From the NCBI GenBank assembly GCA_022813965.1, contig JALDZS010000012.1:1-64000 (forward strand): 64,000 bases of DNA, given 5' to 3'. This document shows positions 13,056-25,151 of this stretch, piece after piece. The first letter of the stretch is position 1. Every line of letters begins with the position of its first letter. The notes under the pieces are model-generated. The model saw only the letters and a list, made by a program, of their open reading frames with translations. It had not been told where the DNA came from and ran no database searches. The position numbers and the translations under genes were made by a program. The stretch comes from Toensbergia leucococca (Eukaryota).

Positions 13056-15036
13056 CACCTACCCCACCAAACGCAATGACGGTTCTCTTCTCCCTTGTTC
13101 TTTCCATTAATTGATACCATTGTACACTACATCCAAATTTCTTCCCGGAGGTCACACGCGATCTTTTTGGTCATGTACCTCTCTTTTCTTTCCTCTAGGG
13201 TCGGCCAGCGGTGTCTGGCACTTATACTTGATTTTAATATGCCTTTTTTGACGGTTTTTTTACTACGGTTTAGGTGTGCTGGGCACGGACGGGGTAGGCG
13301 GAATACAATATATACCCCCTTTTCTTTCCCTTACTCCCTTTCTTCGGGGCGCCGTTGTTTTTTAATAGGTGTTTAATTTGTTTCCTTTTCTCTTGCATCT
13401 CCCTGTATTGAGATAGCTGACATGTTCTCTGAATGGAATGAGACTTTCATGTTTTCCTGCACATTAATCGCAACCAGAAACCACCCTAAACCTACCCCCT
13501 TTTGACCCATTTCCCCTTCTTCCCAAACCCCTTTAAACCTCCCCTCATGCACCTTCCACCCTTCCTCAGCACGTATCAAAGACAGGGTAGGTACTCATAT
13601 GTTGAGCTTCATTCAAAATGCACACGCAAGAAGGCTTGGTTGTTCTTGAAGGATGTATTTTATTCTTTTGCTTTAGCTTGAAGGGAAAGGAAAGTGTGGA
13701 GGAGAGAGATAGGAGATAATAGACAAAGAGGAGAAGGGAGAAGGGAAGAGAAAAGAGGGGGGGAAAGAGGGGGAAAAAGAGGAAAACCCCTTCACTATTT
13801 AGTTTCGCGTGAGGATTGTCAAACCCTCACAAAAGGCTGTACATCTCCACCTAGAAACCCACCAAAAAAACAGACGGGGAATTCGTCAAGGAAATCATCT
13901 TCCTTTCCCCCCCTTTTTCTACCCCCGCCCCCCCACACCTCCCTCATCAAAAACCCCCCATCCTCTCATCCACCCCCAAAATACACAAAAAAAAGGAACC
14001 GATTCTCCCTTCCTTTCATCCTCCCACGATCTCCCATCTCCCATCTCCGTCCCACTTTTTCATCTTGCCAAAACCCCCCCCCCCTTTGAAGATTCTTTTC
14101 TTTTTCTTCTCTTGGATCTCTGGCCCGATCGCTAAACCCCCACTTCCCTCCCCTCACACCCCTACAACTCAACTCTTCTCCCAATTCCTCCAACAAAGAC
14201 TCAATACACAAAAAAAAAAAAAAACAACCCAGCAGAAAAAAATCCCACGCAATTCCAAATCTTGAATCCCTTTTTCTTTTCTTTTTTTTTTTGCCTTTGC
14301 CCTCCCGCGTCTCTTTCTTTTCCCTCGCCTTCTGCGAAAATTGTAGTGAGGTGAAGGGCGGGGTGTGTGGGAGAAAATGAAAAGGGCGTTTTGTTGTTGT
14401 GGAGCATGCTCAGATTGTTACTAGACCCAATTATACAACTAGGTTTGGTTTTGGTTTTTTCGAGCCCTGATTCAGAGAATAAGGAGCCCTTTTTTTTTTT
14501 GGGAGCGGGTGTGTGAGGGGGTTCGGATAGAAAAAAAGATCCGCATATTAGTTTTTTGAAGGGGGTGGAGATGTGGTTGGTTTTTTTATCGGTTTTCGTG
14601 AGGGGGTCTTGGAGTTTTTTTTGGGGGATTTTGGTTTGTGTGTTGTTTTTTGTGGGGTTTGAGGGAAGTGTGGGGGGTTGTTTTTTTTTGGTAGGAAGAG
14701 ATGCCTACTTCTGGTTGGGGTTTCGGAGGGGGCCCACAAGGAGAGAGAGAAAGTTGATTGAGATGCTGGGGGGGAGAGCGGTTCAGTTGTGGACGGTTAT
14801 GCTGGAGAGGGAAATGGGAGAGGAGAGATCGGTGGAGAGAAAGAAATATAGGTATGCCAAGTGTGTCCAGAGGAAGGAGGAAGAGGGGTTTTTGGGGGTT
14901 TGATTGTTTGTGACAAGAAAATTATTCAGGACCATGCACAGCAGACAAAAACCCTCCTCCCATACACCTCCCTCACCCCCCCCCCCCAATTCCCCATTCC
15001 CCATTCCCCCCCACCCCCACCACCCCCACGTGCCCC

Positions 15037-15510
15037 TCAAAAAACAACCGACTCCCAAGCATCAACCACATAATTACTCGTCAACCACCCCCTCCCCGCC
15101 ATCCCCACCTCCCCATCCCCATCCCCACCCCCGCCCCCAAAACCAAGCTCCACACTCCCACAAACCCTACACCCAAACCCCACCAACTGCCCCAATCGCT
15201 CCTTCACCACCCCCGCCCTGACCCCCGCAGCCGGCAAATCGCCCTGCAGGAAGAGACAGATGCCGTCTTGGCCGGGGTGGACGTAGCAGGCGATGTGCGT
15301 GTTGGGGTGGTAGAGGCGCGTGTTGGCGATGGGGCCGCCGGTGACGGGGGCGGTGGCGTTGGTGCCGTTTGTGAGGGCGGTGAGGAAGTATTGGAGGACG
15401 GGGTGGGGGGCGGCGGAGGGGCAGAGGAAGCTGCCGCGGCAGTTTATGCCGAGGGCTGTGGTGGAGGGGGGGAGGAGGGTGAGGATGAAGATGAGGGTAG
15501 GGGAGCGCAT
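15037..15510 (-). CDS. KP4 killer-toxin-like small secreted Cys protein
   Basis: Signal peptide, then LGINCRGS..C, HIAC, GICLFLQ, GCRVCGSV and GWLTSNYV. These match the hallmark motifs of Ustilago maydis virus KP4 (LGINCRGS, GCRVCGS, GQLTVNYV). Confidence 0.9.
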   Translation of the reverse strand: MRSPTLIFILTLLPPSTTALGINCRGSFLCPSAAPHPVLQYFLTALTNGTNATAPVTGGPIANTRLYHPNTHIACYVHPGQDGICLFLQGDLPAAGVRAGVVKERLGQLVGFGCRVCGSVELGFGGGGGDGDGEVGMAGRGWLTSNYVVDAWESVVF

Positions 15511-16616
15511 GTTGAGGATGGTGGGGTGGGTGTTGAGTTGGGTGTTTTTTTTGTTTTTTTTTTTTGGTATACTTTTTGTTTTCGAGCTTTGGGTTGTGGG
15601 TGATGATGGATGGAGACGTTGTCGATGGTAGTTTTTTATATGGCAAAGGAGCTGCTGAGATTGTGAGATGATGGATACTGTTCAGCTCCTGACACGTATT
15701 GGTATCTGCGCATACGCAAGCGTTCCAGACAGTGATTTTTTCCAGTTCTTGGGAAACAAGATGGGGCTTGATAGCTCGGAATCGAAGATGCGAAGGCAGC
15801 TCTAGATATCTGTTCAAACAAAATTTATGATGAACAACACTCTCATCCATTAAAATTGATGAAGAAGATAGTCAAAGGAGATTCCGACTCGATGCATAGC
15901 CATAACCATAGTAAGACCTGGGGTGATAATTTGAAACAGACCGTCCCGTGTTAAACCTCCGGTCTCAGTTCGAAGCGACTCATTGTGAACGGGAGCAAAC
16001 GCCAATAATGCCCGATCTGGCCTGTGGGCATTGATTTTCGAGACATCGAGCTGTTTTAAAATCCACGAGGCGATATGCGATTTCCGCCAAATCCATTCTG
16101 ATACTCGTGGTGGTACGTGTCCCGGAACCATGTGTCTGAAATAGGTATTCAACAATTGGGATCATTTAAGCAATCTGTTTTTCTCTTTTGAGGAGTACGC
16201 AGTGCCTTGAACGAAAATGTGAAAAGGTGTTATTTGTCAAAGAAGTTATGTCGACATGGCTTGTTAGAAAAGGTGGAGCGTGACCTCTCAAGGCTGTGGA
16301 TCGAGACTAAAACGAAAGCAAGAACATTGATTTGCGTGTTTGATGAACGGCAAGCCAATGGAAACAATATGTTTGCCAAGAAAATTGGTCGCTGAAGACT
16401 CATGAAGTTGTTTTCCTGGAGATTAAGTTTAGGCTGAATGAGGACCAAGAGAATTTCTAGAGTGGACATGCGAAGATGCAGCTTTATTGCGTTATAATGT
16501 ACTGATAAAATTAATAAAACAAATATAAGCTTGCGCCTTTAAGAATTCAGATTACGTCGGCCGTTACCGGTTCCTCGATATCAACGTTGCTCCATGAAGA
16601 CATTACCGAATTTGAA

Positions 16617-17710
16617 TCACCTGGGAAAATTCCGATTGTGTTGTAGCTGCTCAAACTTCGCCATCTTTCTCTTGTGCAACATCTGTCTTGCCATAAAAAC
16701 ATACGTTATGAAGGTCAGGGCGTAAACAATCGCTTCGAGTATTGTGATACCGAACGCTCCAGTCTACCCATAAACCCGTAATCAGTCATATATCTCAAAA
16801 ATCATATATAATTGAAACATCGAATTGGCTCATTAACAAGACTCACCTGAACGGTACACAGTTGTCCAAAGTTCAAAAAACTTTGTACATCTCCCTGAAT
16901 CGCATCGCTTTCCGTCCCACAACTCCAACCCCAAAGATCGGTCCCAGTATTTGCCATCTTGAACAGCCCCACTGTTACAGCCCAGGCGACTACTTGTCCC
17001 GCCGTCATGACGTATCCTATATATCCCGATACATCATCCATTTTGTCGGCTTTTGCCTCCCCATTCCGACAGCAATATGCTCCCAACACGATGATGTTGA
17101 GAAACAACGTGACAATACCCATGGCCAAAAGCATAAGAGTGGGCCAGATTTTTGTGGGAGTTGCCCAGGGGTGGACGTTACCCGGAAGCACGTGGTCACG
17201 AGTGAGGAGGTACTTTGCCAACGCATAGGCCATGGTGGAGACAATGAAAGCTGAGAGAATGGTGGAAAAGATGCGGGAGATGAGGCGAAGGAGTCGAAGC
17301 CGACGTGCTAATTTCTGCTCAGAGAAGAGATGTTAGAGGTGGCTAGAGATTTAATTGAGGCAATTTAGTCATTAGCAAGCTAGAGAGTAGATTCTCATCG
17401 TTGACTCGAGTCTTGGAGCCTGACAATAGTGATACAATGGCGATAGTCAAATGAAGGGAAAGTACTGTCGCAAGCATGACACGGCTTTGATATAGCAGTG
17501 AAGAAGATAGAGGCTGAAAAGGAACAAACAATGACGAGAAAGTGCGAAACGGCATGAGGAGAATGAAGAGCATACTGCATCTTGGATGCGTAGCGAGCTG
17601 AGCTGAGTATCAGGATCCTCAGTTGCGAGGTTATGGTATTTCCCACTCGGATTCTGTTGCAATGGAATGACATTGACCAACGGATCCTTGTTACTATGTA
17701 GAGCCATCAT
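16617..17710 (-). CDS. Four-TM (MARVEL-like) fungal membrane protein; 3 exons (17710-17576, 17314-~16847, 16763-16617)
   Basis: The spliced model reads ...SLRIQDA|KLARRLRLLRLISR..., with hydrophobic helices and a DLWGWSC...LCTVQ motif; canonical splice sites. Confidence 0.75.
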
Positions 17711-19374
17711 CTTAAAAAGGATTTTGAATGAGCAGAAGAATATACAGAAGAGGTATTGAGGAAGGGGGAAGGGAGACAACTTCTAGCAACTAGAAAACTG
17801 GAGAGATAGATAAGAAGAAAAGAAGACGCTTTTCTCGCATTCAGCCCATCTTTGGCCGTTGGCAAGCCTCAGCTTGTTCATGACATGATGACAGCTCCCA
17901 GCTTGCACGAATTGGGTACATGGATGCATGAGCGGCTTGCAGCTGGTCCTCTTACAGACTTGAGATTACAGCCTTGACAGGGATCCGGGCTAGAAGGTGG
18001 TAGTGTGACGGCGTCTGTGTGAGGCTATGAAGTGGCCGAGGTGGGGAAGCTGGCTGGTGGCGCCAGGACGATTGCTCAATGGTTTTGCAAGCGAGCTGAA
18101 GCTGTTCCTTTTACTCTTTTTCCATCTTTGGCTCACGCTATCTAGATGACTAATGAAGATGGGCCTGGACACCTTATTAGCACCTTGTTAGAGACTTAGA
18201 TCAAAGACCCAAACGGGTCAGAAATCAAAAGCCTGAAGAAATCGCGTTGAAATTGCGCCCAGGGTTGAAGAATCAAGTAGATATGTAGAGCAGAATCGTG
18301 ATGTTTCTCCGAGCTAATACTGCTTGCAAATGGCACACGAATCATGAAACAGATGGTATTCTAGTAGAGCACCAGGGAGGAGCGGAAATCGTTGCCGGTT
18401 TTCAGCCATATTTCCCCATCAAAACCCGGCAACGATTTCCGCTCCTCCCTGGTGGAGTGGAGCTTAAGGTACCTAACTGTACGCGATCTACGGATATCTA
18501 GCGGGTGATCTACCTACAGATCTTCTTAATTTGTGGCCCGTGGCTTAGGTAAGTTAATACCACGGATGTTACTATGGTTCTCCTTAGACAGTGGGCATAC
18601 CACTGTCACTGTTTCTGGTTCATAAACGCTGTAGTGGTGTAGGTCTGCCCCAGCTTTAGAGCACCCCTAGACTCCTGCACACTGCAAGCGAGGCAGTTGC
18701 TGTGGTATCCGGGAAATTGTCGGACAAGACAGGGGATTCAAGGCGTGCGCTTCGCATACTGGCACTGTCGGAGTGCTCAGAGACAAACATAGTAGAAAGT
18801 TGGTGGGAGAGTGATTGGTTGACGAGATGGATGTTGAGGTCCAAGGGACAACTCTAGCTACACAGGTGCCAATAGTATATCTTTATGTCAATAGGCCTGG
18901 CGGCAGACCAGTAGGTCTGGGAGGGTGCCAGTGTAATTGGGCGGCTCAGGTTTGCTTCTTACAGTAGCAGCAGAACTAGTTTCCCTGACAGCTACACTAG
19001 GCGCTCGCTAGACATCTTGAGTGCCTCAATGCTTCCAACCTGCTCCGTCCGTAGACTTTTATAATGCCGAGTGAGCTACACTCGTAAGATCGAGGTATCT
19101 GAGGCGGCAAAGTAGACTCTGGTGGATTGGTGAGTCGTCAAGGCTAGTCCACGCTTCTCGCAGACTAGCCGTTGCCATGAGGCAAAGGAACCTGCCAAGT
19201 GCTGGCACCGAGGCAGTAGAATTGATCAGATGATCTTTGATGGCATACCAAAGGATTCTGAATGGTAATTGAGATGATTTAGCTTTCGGCGTTATTTTCG
19301 GATTTGCTCACAACCTTTTTGGGTGAACAGATGAGAAGTTATGCGAGTCTGAAAATATCAGAATGATTGAAAGT

Positions 19375-21688
19375 TCATTTCAAGTAAAGACCCTTAGCGA
19401 CTTGGTCTAATATCTGAGTTTTGAAAGTTCGCATAAGCCTGGGCTGTGTACGGTAATCGTCCCATAGATTTTCAAATCCGCCTTCGAGGCAAAGAACCAC
19501 AGCATCTCGATAATCAGCCCCCATGGTGTGTCCAAGCGACTGTTTGGCAATTCTAAGTAATACTTCTTGGATCTGTGCTGGTTTTGGATTCCTCGCCTCT
19601 TTTACGATTCCCTGGAAGTAGCGGTGCTCTAATACTGTCTGCCAAAGCCCGATCTCTAGGAGCAAAACCCCGTATGCGTATATATCATGTAACGCGTCGT
19701 GTCTCTGCAGAGGGATACATTGGCGAGAAGGGTGCCGATATACATTCCTTTCGATATCCTCGACCTCAAGACCAGCTGAAATGTCGGTCTCTCGTCGCGA
19801 GTATTGTAAGCCTCCGAGAAAAGGCCTCGAGAAATCCCACGCCCGGGTTTCAAGATCCTGGAAGATGAGAACGTTACGACTACAAACCTCCTCATGCACC
19901 CACCCCACGGAATGCCATTTTTGGATGGCCCGTCCGATGTCATGGGCAATCTGAAACCGTTGTCCGAGGGTCGGTCTGACCTTTCTGTAAGTAAGGCCAA
20001 GTAGCTCGAAGAGGTTGGCATATGGAGGTGAAAGACCAGAGGGAACTTCAAAAACCAATCCGTAGTGGCGCTCATAGCTGTCATGGAACCAATGTAGGCA
20101 CCTCAATGAACAGAACTCCGTAGGCTTGTCAGAGTTCAGAATTTGTGCAAGTTTTTGGATCTTCATTCCATCGCGGAGCTTTCTAGCCTGGCCGAGGGAC
20201 TCCTCATATGGCTTGTATTCAACAAGGACATCTATCTGCTTCACTGTTCCCATCACAATCTTCTCGCCTCCAGCAGTCGATCCTTGATGTCCACCAACAG
20301 ACTGTATTTCCATCGCGTTGACTTCAAGTGAGTTGGAAGCCGATCCAGGCCCCTTGATAAGTCGTACAAGCCGCAGCGGGCTGTTGAGCCCTAGTACCTT
20401 GGCTGAACTGCTGCAGACTACATCCTCGAAAGTATCATCAGGCAACGTCACCAGCTCGGCTTCAAGCCTCCGGATGACGGAGCTGTTCCAAAGCTCTAAT
20501 TCTTGGACGAAAAGTAGAATCCTTTTCTTTAGCTGAGACACCTTTTCAGGGGAGTTCATTCCGCCTACTGGGATCCAGGCCTGACTAATTTCGGCAAACA
20601 GGCTGTCGACTTCCTGCCAAACATCCAGGATCTCTTGTATTCGATTCTTTTCCAGTGACTGTACTAATGGAGAGTTGTTGACCGACAAATCTTCTCCCAG
20701 CACAATTTGCTGTAGTTGCTCAGTCTGAAGCAACACCTCGTCAATAGCAATCTCCCGAACAAAAGACGGTGCTTCCACTCTCAGCCACTGTACCAGATCG
20801 TGTAAAGATCTGTCCTGACTGTCTGGAGTCACAGACACAGCCACACGTAGTTTCAGTTGGGAGATTGCATCCGAAGACTGTGGAGCAACATTCTGGGTTC
20901 CAAGGAAAGGCTTCCAGCGGATAGAACGCCCTTGATGGCCCAGGCTCATATCATCGAGGATGGGTGTCTGCCTCAAGTTTGCTCGCTTGTGTGCTAGGCG
21001 ATGAGCAAGCTGCGATGTCACGATTCGATCCATACTGCCAAGCATCTCCTTCATCTCCCTCAGCAGTGCTGTTGTAAATGAAGTAGGACCAGGAGGCGGT
21101 GTCTGAAGTTTCATTGCACATGCCGCAAGTAACTCACATTTCCCGGGGTCTTCCCTAACGCGACCTCTGGCGGCCTGTGCACTGTAACAGCAATCCAACA
21201 GAAGAAGAACATCTGCTTTGCATTTATGGAGGTGAGGCTGGATCTCGTACCAGTCAAGAGTTGGACCTCCTGTACGACGTCTATCCACAAGTCAGTTGAT
21301 TTTATCTAGCCCTCAGGAGGAATTCGGTGCAGTACGCAGCCCAGACAGCCTGCGATTCTCTGTCCATCCCTCTATCGTTGTCTGCGTCCCCATGACCGCC
21401 ATAGTGAATCACGACTAAATAACCAGGTTTACCTTGACTTTTAATGAGGTGAATGATTCTCGACAACAGCTCTATATGGCTGTTTTCAGAAGGTATAGGG
21501 TACACGGCTGTATCGAAACCCATAGAGGCAAAAATTTGAACTACCTTATCAGACTCGTCCTGGTATCCAGCACCGTCTGCTTCTTGCCAGTAAAGCGAGA
21601 GCAGGGAACCACCAATATAGTCATTGCCATTCTCGAAATCATGATGCAGCTCATCAGTAAGTCTTGTCTCCCATAAGTGGGGATCCAT
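19375..21688 (-). CDS. Caspase-like (peptidase C14/clan CD) domain fused to a C-terminal kinase-like (pseudokinase) domain; intron 21281-21335
   Basis: N-terminal LLSLYW..LVVIHYGGHG..DVLLLLDCCYS..ELLAAC..SFTTAL carries the His-Cys dyad. The C-terminal part reads VLVEYK, GLVFEVP, WHSVGWVHEEVCSRNV, YRHPSRQ and DIYAYGVLLLEIGLW. Confidence 0.85.
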
Positions 21689-22592
21689 GTCAAATCCATT
21701 ACAAGAAGATACTCAGGCAAGGCCACGCCACGCCAAGATCTCAAGATGTTTTAGGATCGCCTAGTGCTTCGCACCCTCGCGGCTGAAAAAAAATTCAACA
21801 TTTTAGATGGGAAGACTGTGGCTATGTACGGAGTACGGAGTAGAATAATCTTTGCAGCTTTTTTTTCAGCCGCGAGGCACCTAAATACCCTTAGCATACT
21901 CAATACCAGGTACCTCGGGAATTTGCCCACACATTTGTAACTCAGATAACTGAACGCAATCGTTCCGGCAATAATCACACTCATTTCAGCGACTACTACA
22001 GTGCAATGCTATTCTAATATATGCGCGAGGGACATTTAGTGCTGCAGTGCTGCACAACACGCAATACGGTATAGAGCACCGGGTACTCTTGAGATATCTT
22101 GATGAACAGCTCAAGCTGAATAGGCGTCTTCCTTAGTGATTGATAGTACCTTTTGCTAGATGTAATTGAATAGGGTTTGAGCAGACCAAAGTGTGTTCTA
22201 GAGTTAGTCATGTAGATAGCGTACCCTAAATGACTACGTACAATGAGTAGGTAGGGAGTCTTTAAGAGCCATGGAAGGACCCTAGCCTGCCTGGAAAGTC
22301 CTCGACAAAATTGAACGTTCAGCAAAGGATGACGGAGACGGACCATCATGTTGCCAAAAGAACAGATGCACCGCTTTGTACAGCTGACGGCCTTCGTGGC
22401 CTACCGGCCCACAGTCGCGCCAGCTAGTGCCTCCGTGGCGAGAGTTTTCCTCAGGATCCTGATGATCATCACTGCACTGTGCATCTGAGCCTCTGAAGCA
22501 CTCCCACACCACCAGTATGTCGTACTTGCGCCTAGCGCTTTCCTCACTTTTGATCATTTCCCTTGCAGCGCAGCATCTCTGCGTACTGTAGC

Positions 22593-22970
22593 TCAGGCGG
22601 CCATAAGCTGTTGTTCTGGCACGGCATTTCCGTCATTGACTTTGTTTTCAGTGCTATCGCACAAAACATACAACTCTGTCTCGATCACTTTTGCAATAGT
22701 ATAAGGTCCAGTGGCACCGCGGCTTCCTGGAACAGTCCAATAGACACTGTCTCCGACGCGGTATGTGCTAGCCTTCCATACGTAGTCTATGAGCGTCGCC
22801 AATCACACACCTCAGATTGAATACTGACTTTCTTCTTGTTGATGCGTGGACGTCCTGGACACCCTTCGAGCTCTTCTTGGAGGGCTCCTTTGCTAGAAGC
22901 GACCAAAAAGTTAAAGTCTATTTATAAACGTCCTTGTAAAGCACGTTCCTACCTACCTTTGCATATCCAT
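22593..22970 (-). CDS. Small (~85 aa) protein with an SH3/Tudor-like beta-barrel C-terminus; 3 exons (22970-22957, 22892-22829, 22772-22593)
   Basis: GTAGGT..TAG and GTCAGT..AAG introns give in-frame MDMQSKGALQEELEGCPGRPRINKKKASTYRVGDSVYWTVPGSRGATGPYTIAKVIETELYVLCDSTENKVNDGNAVPEQQLMAA*. Confidence 0.65.
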
Positions 22971-23157
22971 AGTCCGTTACCTCGAATTCAATTCGTCTAT
23001 TTGGATAGCTCAAGACGGTAGCGTTACGGTCGCAGAAATGGAGCAGGAGTATTCTAAGGCGGGGTGACCACCGCCCGATTAGAAGCCCCCAGGATGCAAC
23101 AGAATCTGGTCACAGCTGTCACCGAAATTCCGCAACTATCGTCTCAAGCTTCCTCTG

Positions 23158-24364
23158 ATGTATCCAGATTGGGAAGAGGTCCTTAGTGGCGTCTGCTGGT
23201 GGTGCAGGTGTCTAATAATCTCCATTCCGGGCTCTTTTTTTGTGTTTGCGGCGCGTAGAGTGCGGGAATGGCTTGAACCGCCGGCCCGACAAAGCTTGGC
23301 ACCACAAGGCATGATATTTGCGCCCCTACAAGCAATGGCCTTTTCTTACAAGCAGCACTATAGTAGAGGATTATCCGTCTGGATACCCTCGTCTCTCTGC
23401 ACTCATCGGGACACATTCATCGTTCGTTGTGTGCCGTCGGTTCTCGACGCTACGTGCTCGTCTCCTGCTACAAAAGCAAGATCGAATAGCCAAACTCGAG
23501 CATGAACTGCAGCACATCGATGAGGGAGAGCTGCAGCCGCTTTTCCTTGGCAGTCTGAGAAGAGACAGGAATCAGGACAGAGAAAGAGTGCTAGCCGACA
23601 TAGATGTAGCTTTACAAGATTATGGTGAGGCGGTTGTATAACTTCATATAGCGTTGAAAATTATGGAGTTTAGAGACACTGACAAGATATCTGAAGACAA
23701 GTATTTGGAAAGACTCAATTGTATCTTCAGTCTCAAAGCTGCAAGACCGCGCGATGTCTCGAATTTATGGAATTGGTTGGAATACACAGGATGTGTTGCT
23801 CGAAACGAGACTGAGTTTCTGACAGCCGAGAAGGACTTGATTAGTCCCATTAGAGCAGAAGACAGTGCTTTGACGCCTTTCCAGGAATTTGTAGAGGATG
23901 TTTTGATTAATATTCGACCTCTTCGACGTTTCGTGAGTCCATATCCAAATTGCTGTTGCATTTGCCTAACAAATCTACATTCATTCAGCTCCATCGCAGC
24001 GATGTGTCTCGAGATTCTGCTGTGCACATACTGCCTGCTGCCGTGATAGGGTTCCTTGCGACATTCGTTGCCGCCGGTCTTGTTATGATGATGCTCTTGG
24101 TCCCCGTCATTGTTGTTGATGCTCTAAACAGCATGACCGCCAAAACTGTTACGATCATTGTATTCTGCGCAATCTTTGTCATGTTTCTTCCGAGCCTCAC
24201 AAAGGCCAATATCAAAGAGACAGTCGTCGCTGGAACAACGTAGGTTTCCCTTCAATGCGACCAAACGCCTGATCTTCAACCATGCGCTTCTAGACTTACC
24301 ATTCTGCAGCTATGCTACCGTCCTGGTCGTTTTTATCGCTGGCAACGGAATCACTACGAGCTAA
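23158..24364 (+). CDS. DUF6594-like protein (soluble N-domain plus ~3 C-terminal TM helices); multi-exon, start uncertain
   Basis: Family-typical motifs VEDYPSGYPRLSALI..RRFSTLRARLLLQKQDRIAKLEHELQHID, VSNLWNWL and a C-terminal YATVLVVFI. Confidence 0.85.
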
Positions 24365-25151
24365 GTTCAATCATCAGAGCAATGAGTAGAGCGATCTAAT
24401 CTCTGCGTGTCCGCTAAAGCTTATCATCTGGCACATTGGGCAGAATTCTTATCCCAATGTCCTAGCAGGGTTTTCAAATCAGGGGGCTAAAGCGGGACCC
24501 CTGATTTCAAACACAGTATAAAGATAACAAAATAGCTATAAGCCAACTCATTGGATTTATTGAAAGGAATGAAGAGAACGTAAGAATGATGAGAAAAGAA
24601 ATAAAGAAATCATCGTCTTTTCTTTACTTTATAGATCAAAAGTCCCTTCACGAGACCACGATTTTGAAACCTTAGCGCAACAACATCCTATTGTGATCCA
24701 GCGACCACCACCTACCCAGGCACAATACCACAAAGATAAACATCACAATCCTTGCATGGGCAGCACATCATTCCACCTCAATTCTCCATCTACTCAAAAT
24801 CTGTGCCATTTAGGAGCCAGTATTACTTAAGGGGCCATAGCGATTTCGCACCAAGATCTTGACTTGATTCCTCATGTTGTATTACGCCGGGGTATGGCAT
24901 AGTAGGCGATGATGAAGGGGGGTGTCACTGTATCAAAATAGGGTGTCGCTGCACTTGTTCCCTCTTATAATCAAGTATTACCTTTAATGTCTGATAATAC
25001 CTTACGGTACTGTCTTTTTGACAACCTCCATACCGCCTAACGTAGTCCTGAGTGTGTCGTATTAGGAAGGGCGCAAAGAGAACAGCCTAACAGACATGCA
25101 GAAGCCTCAAGGTGGTGGCTAATTAGTATTCGACCTTGAATGTTGTACCTT

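Noticed and set aside
13373..14903. Numerous Pro/Gly/Lys/Phe-rich ORFs
   Set aside because: They arise from stop-poor homopolymeric, skewed DNA and show no recognisable motifs.
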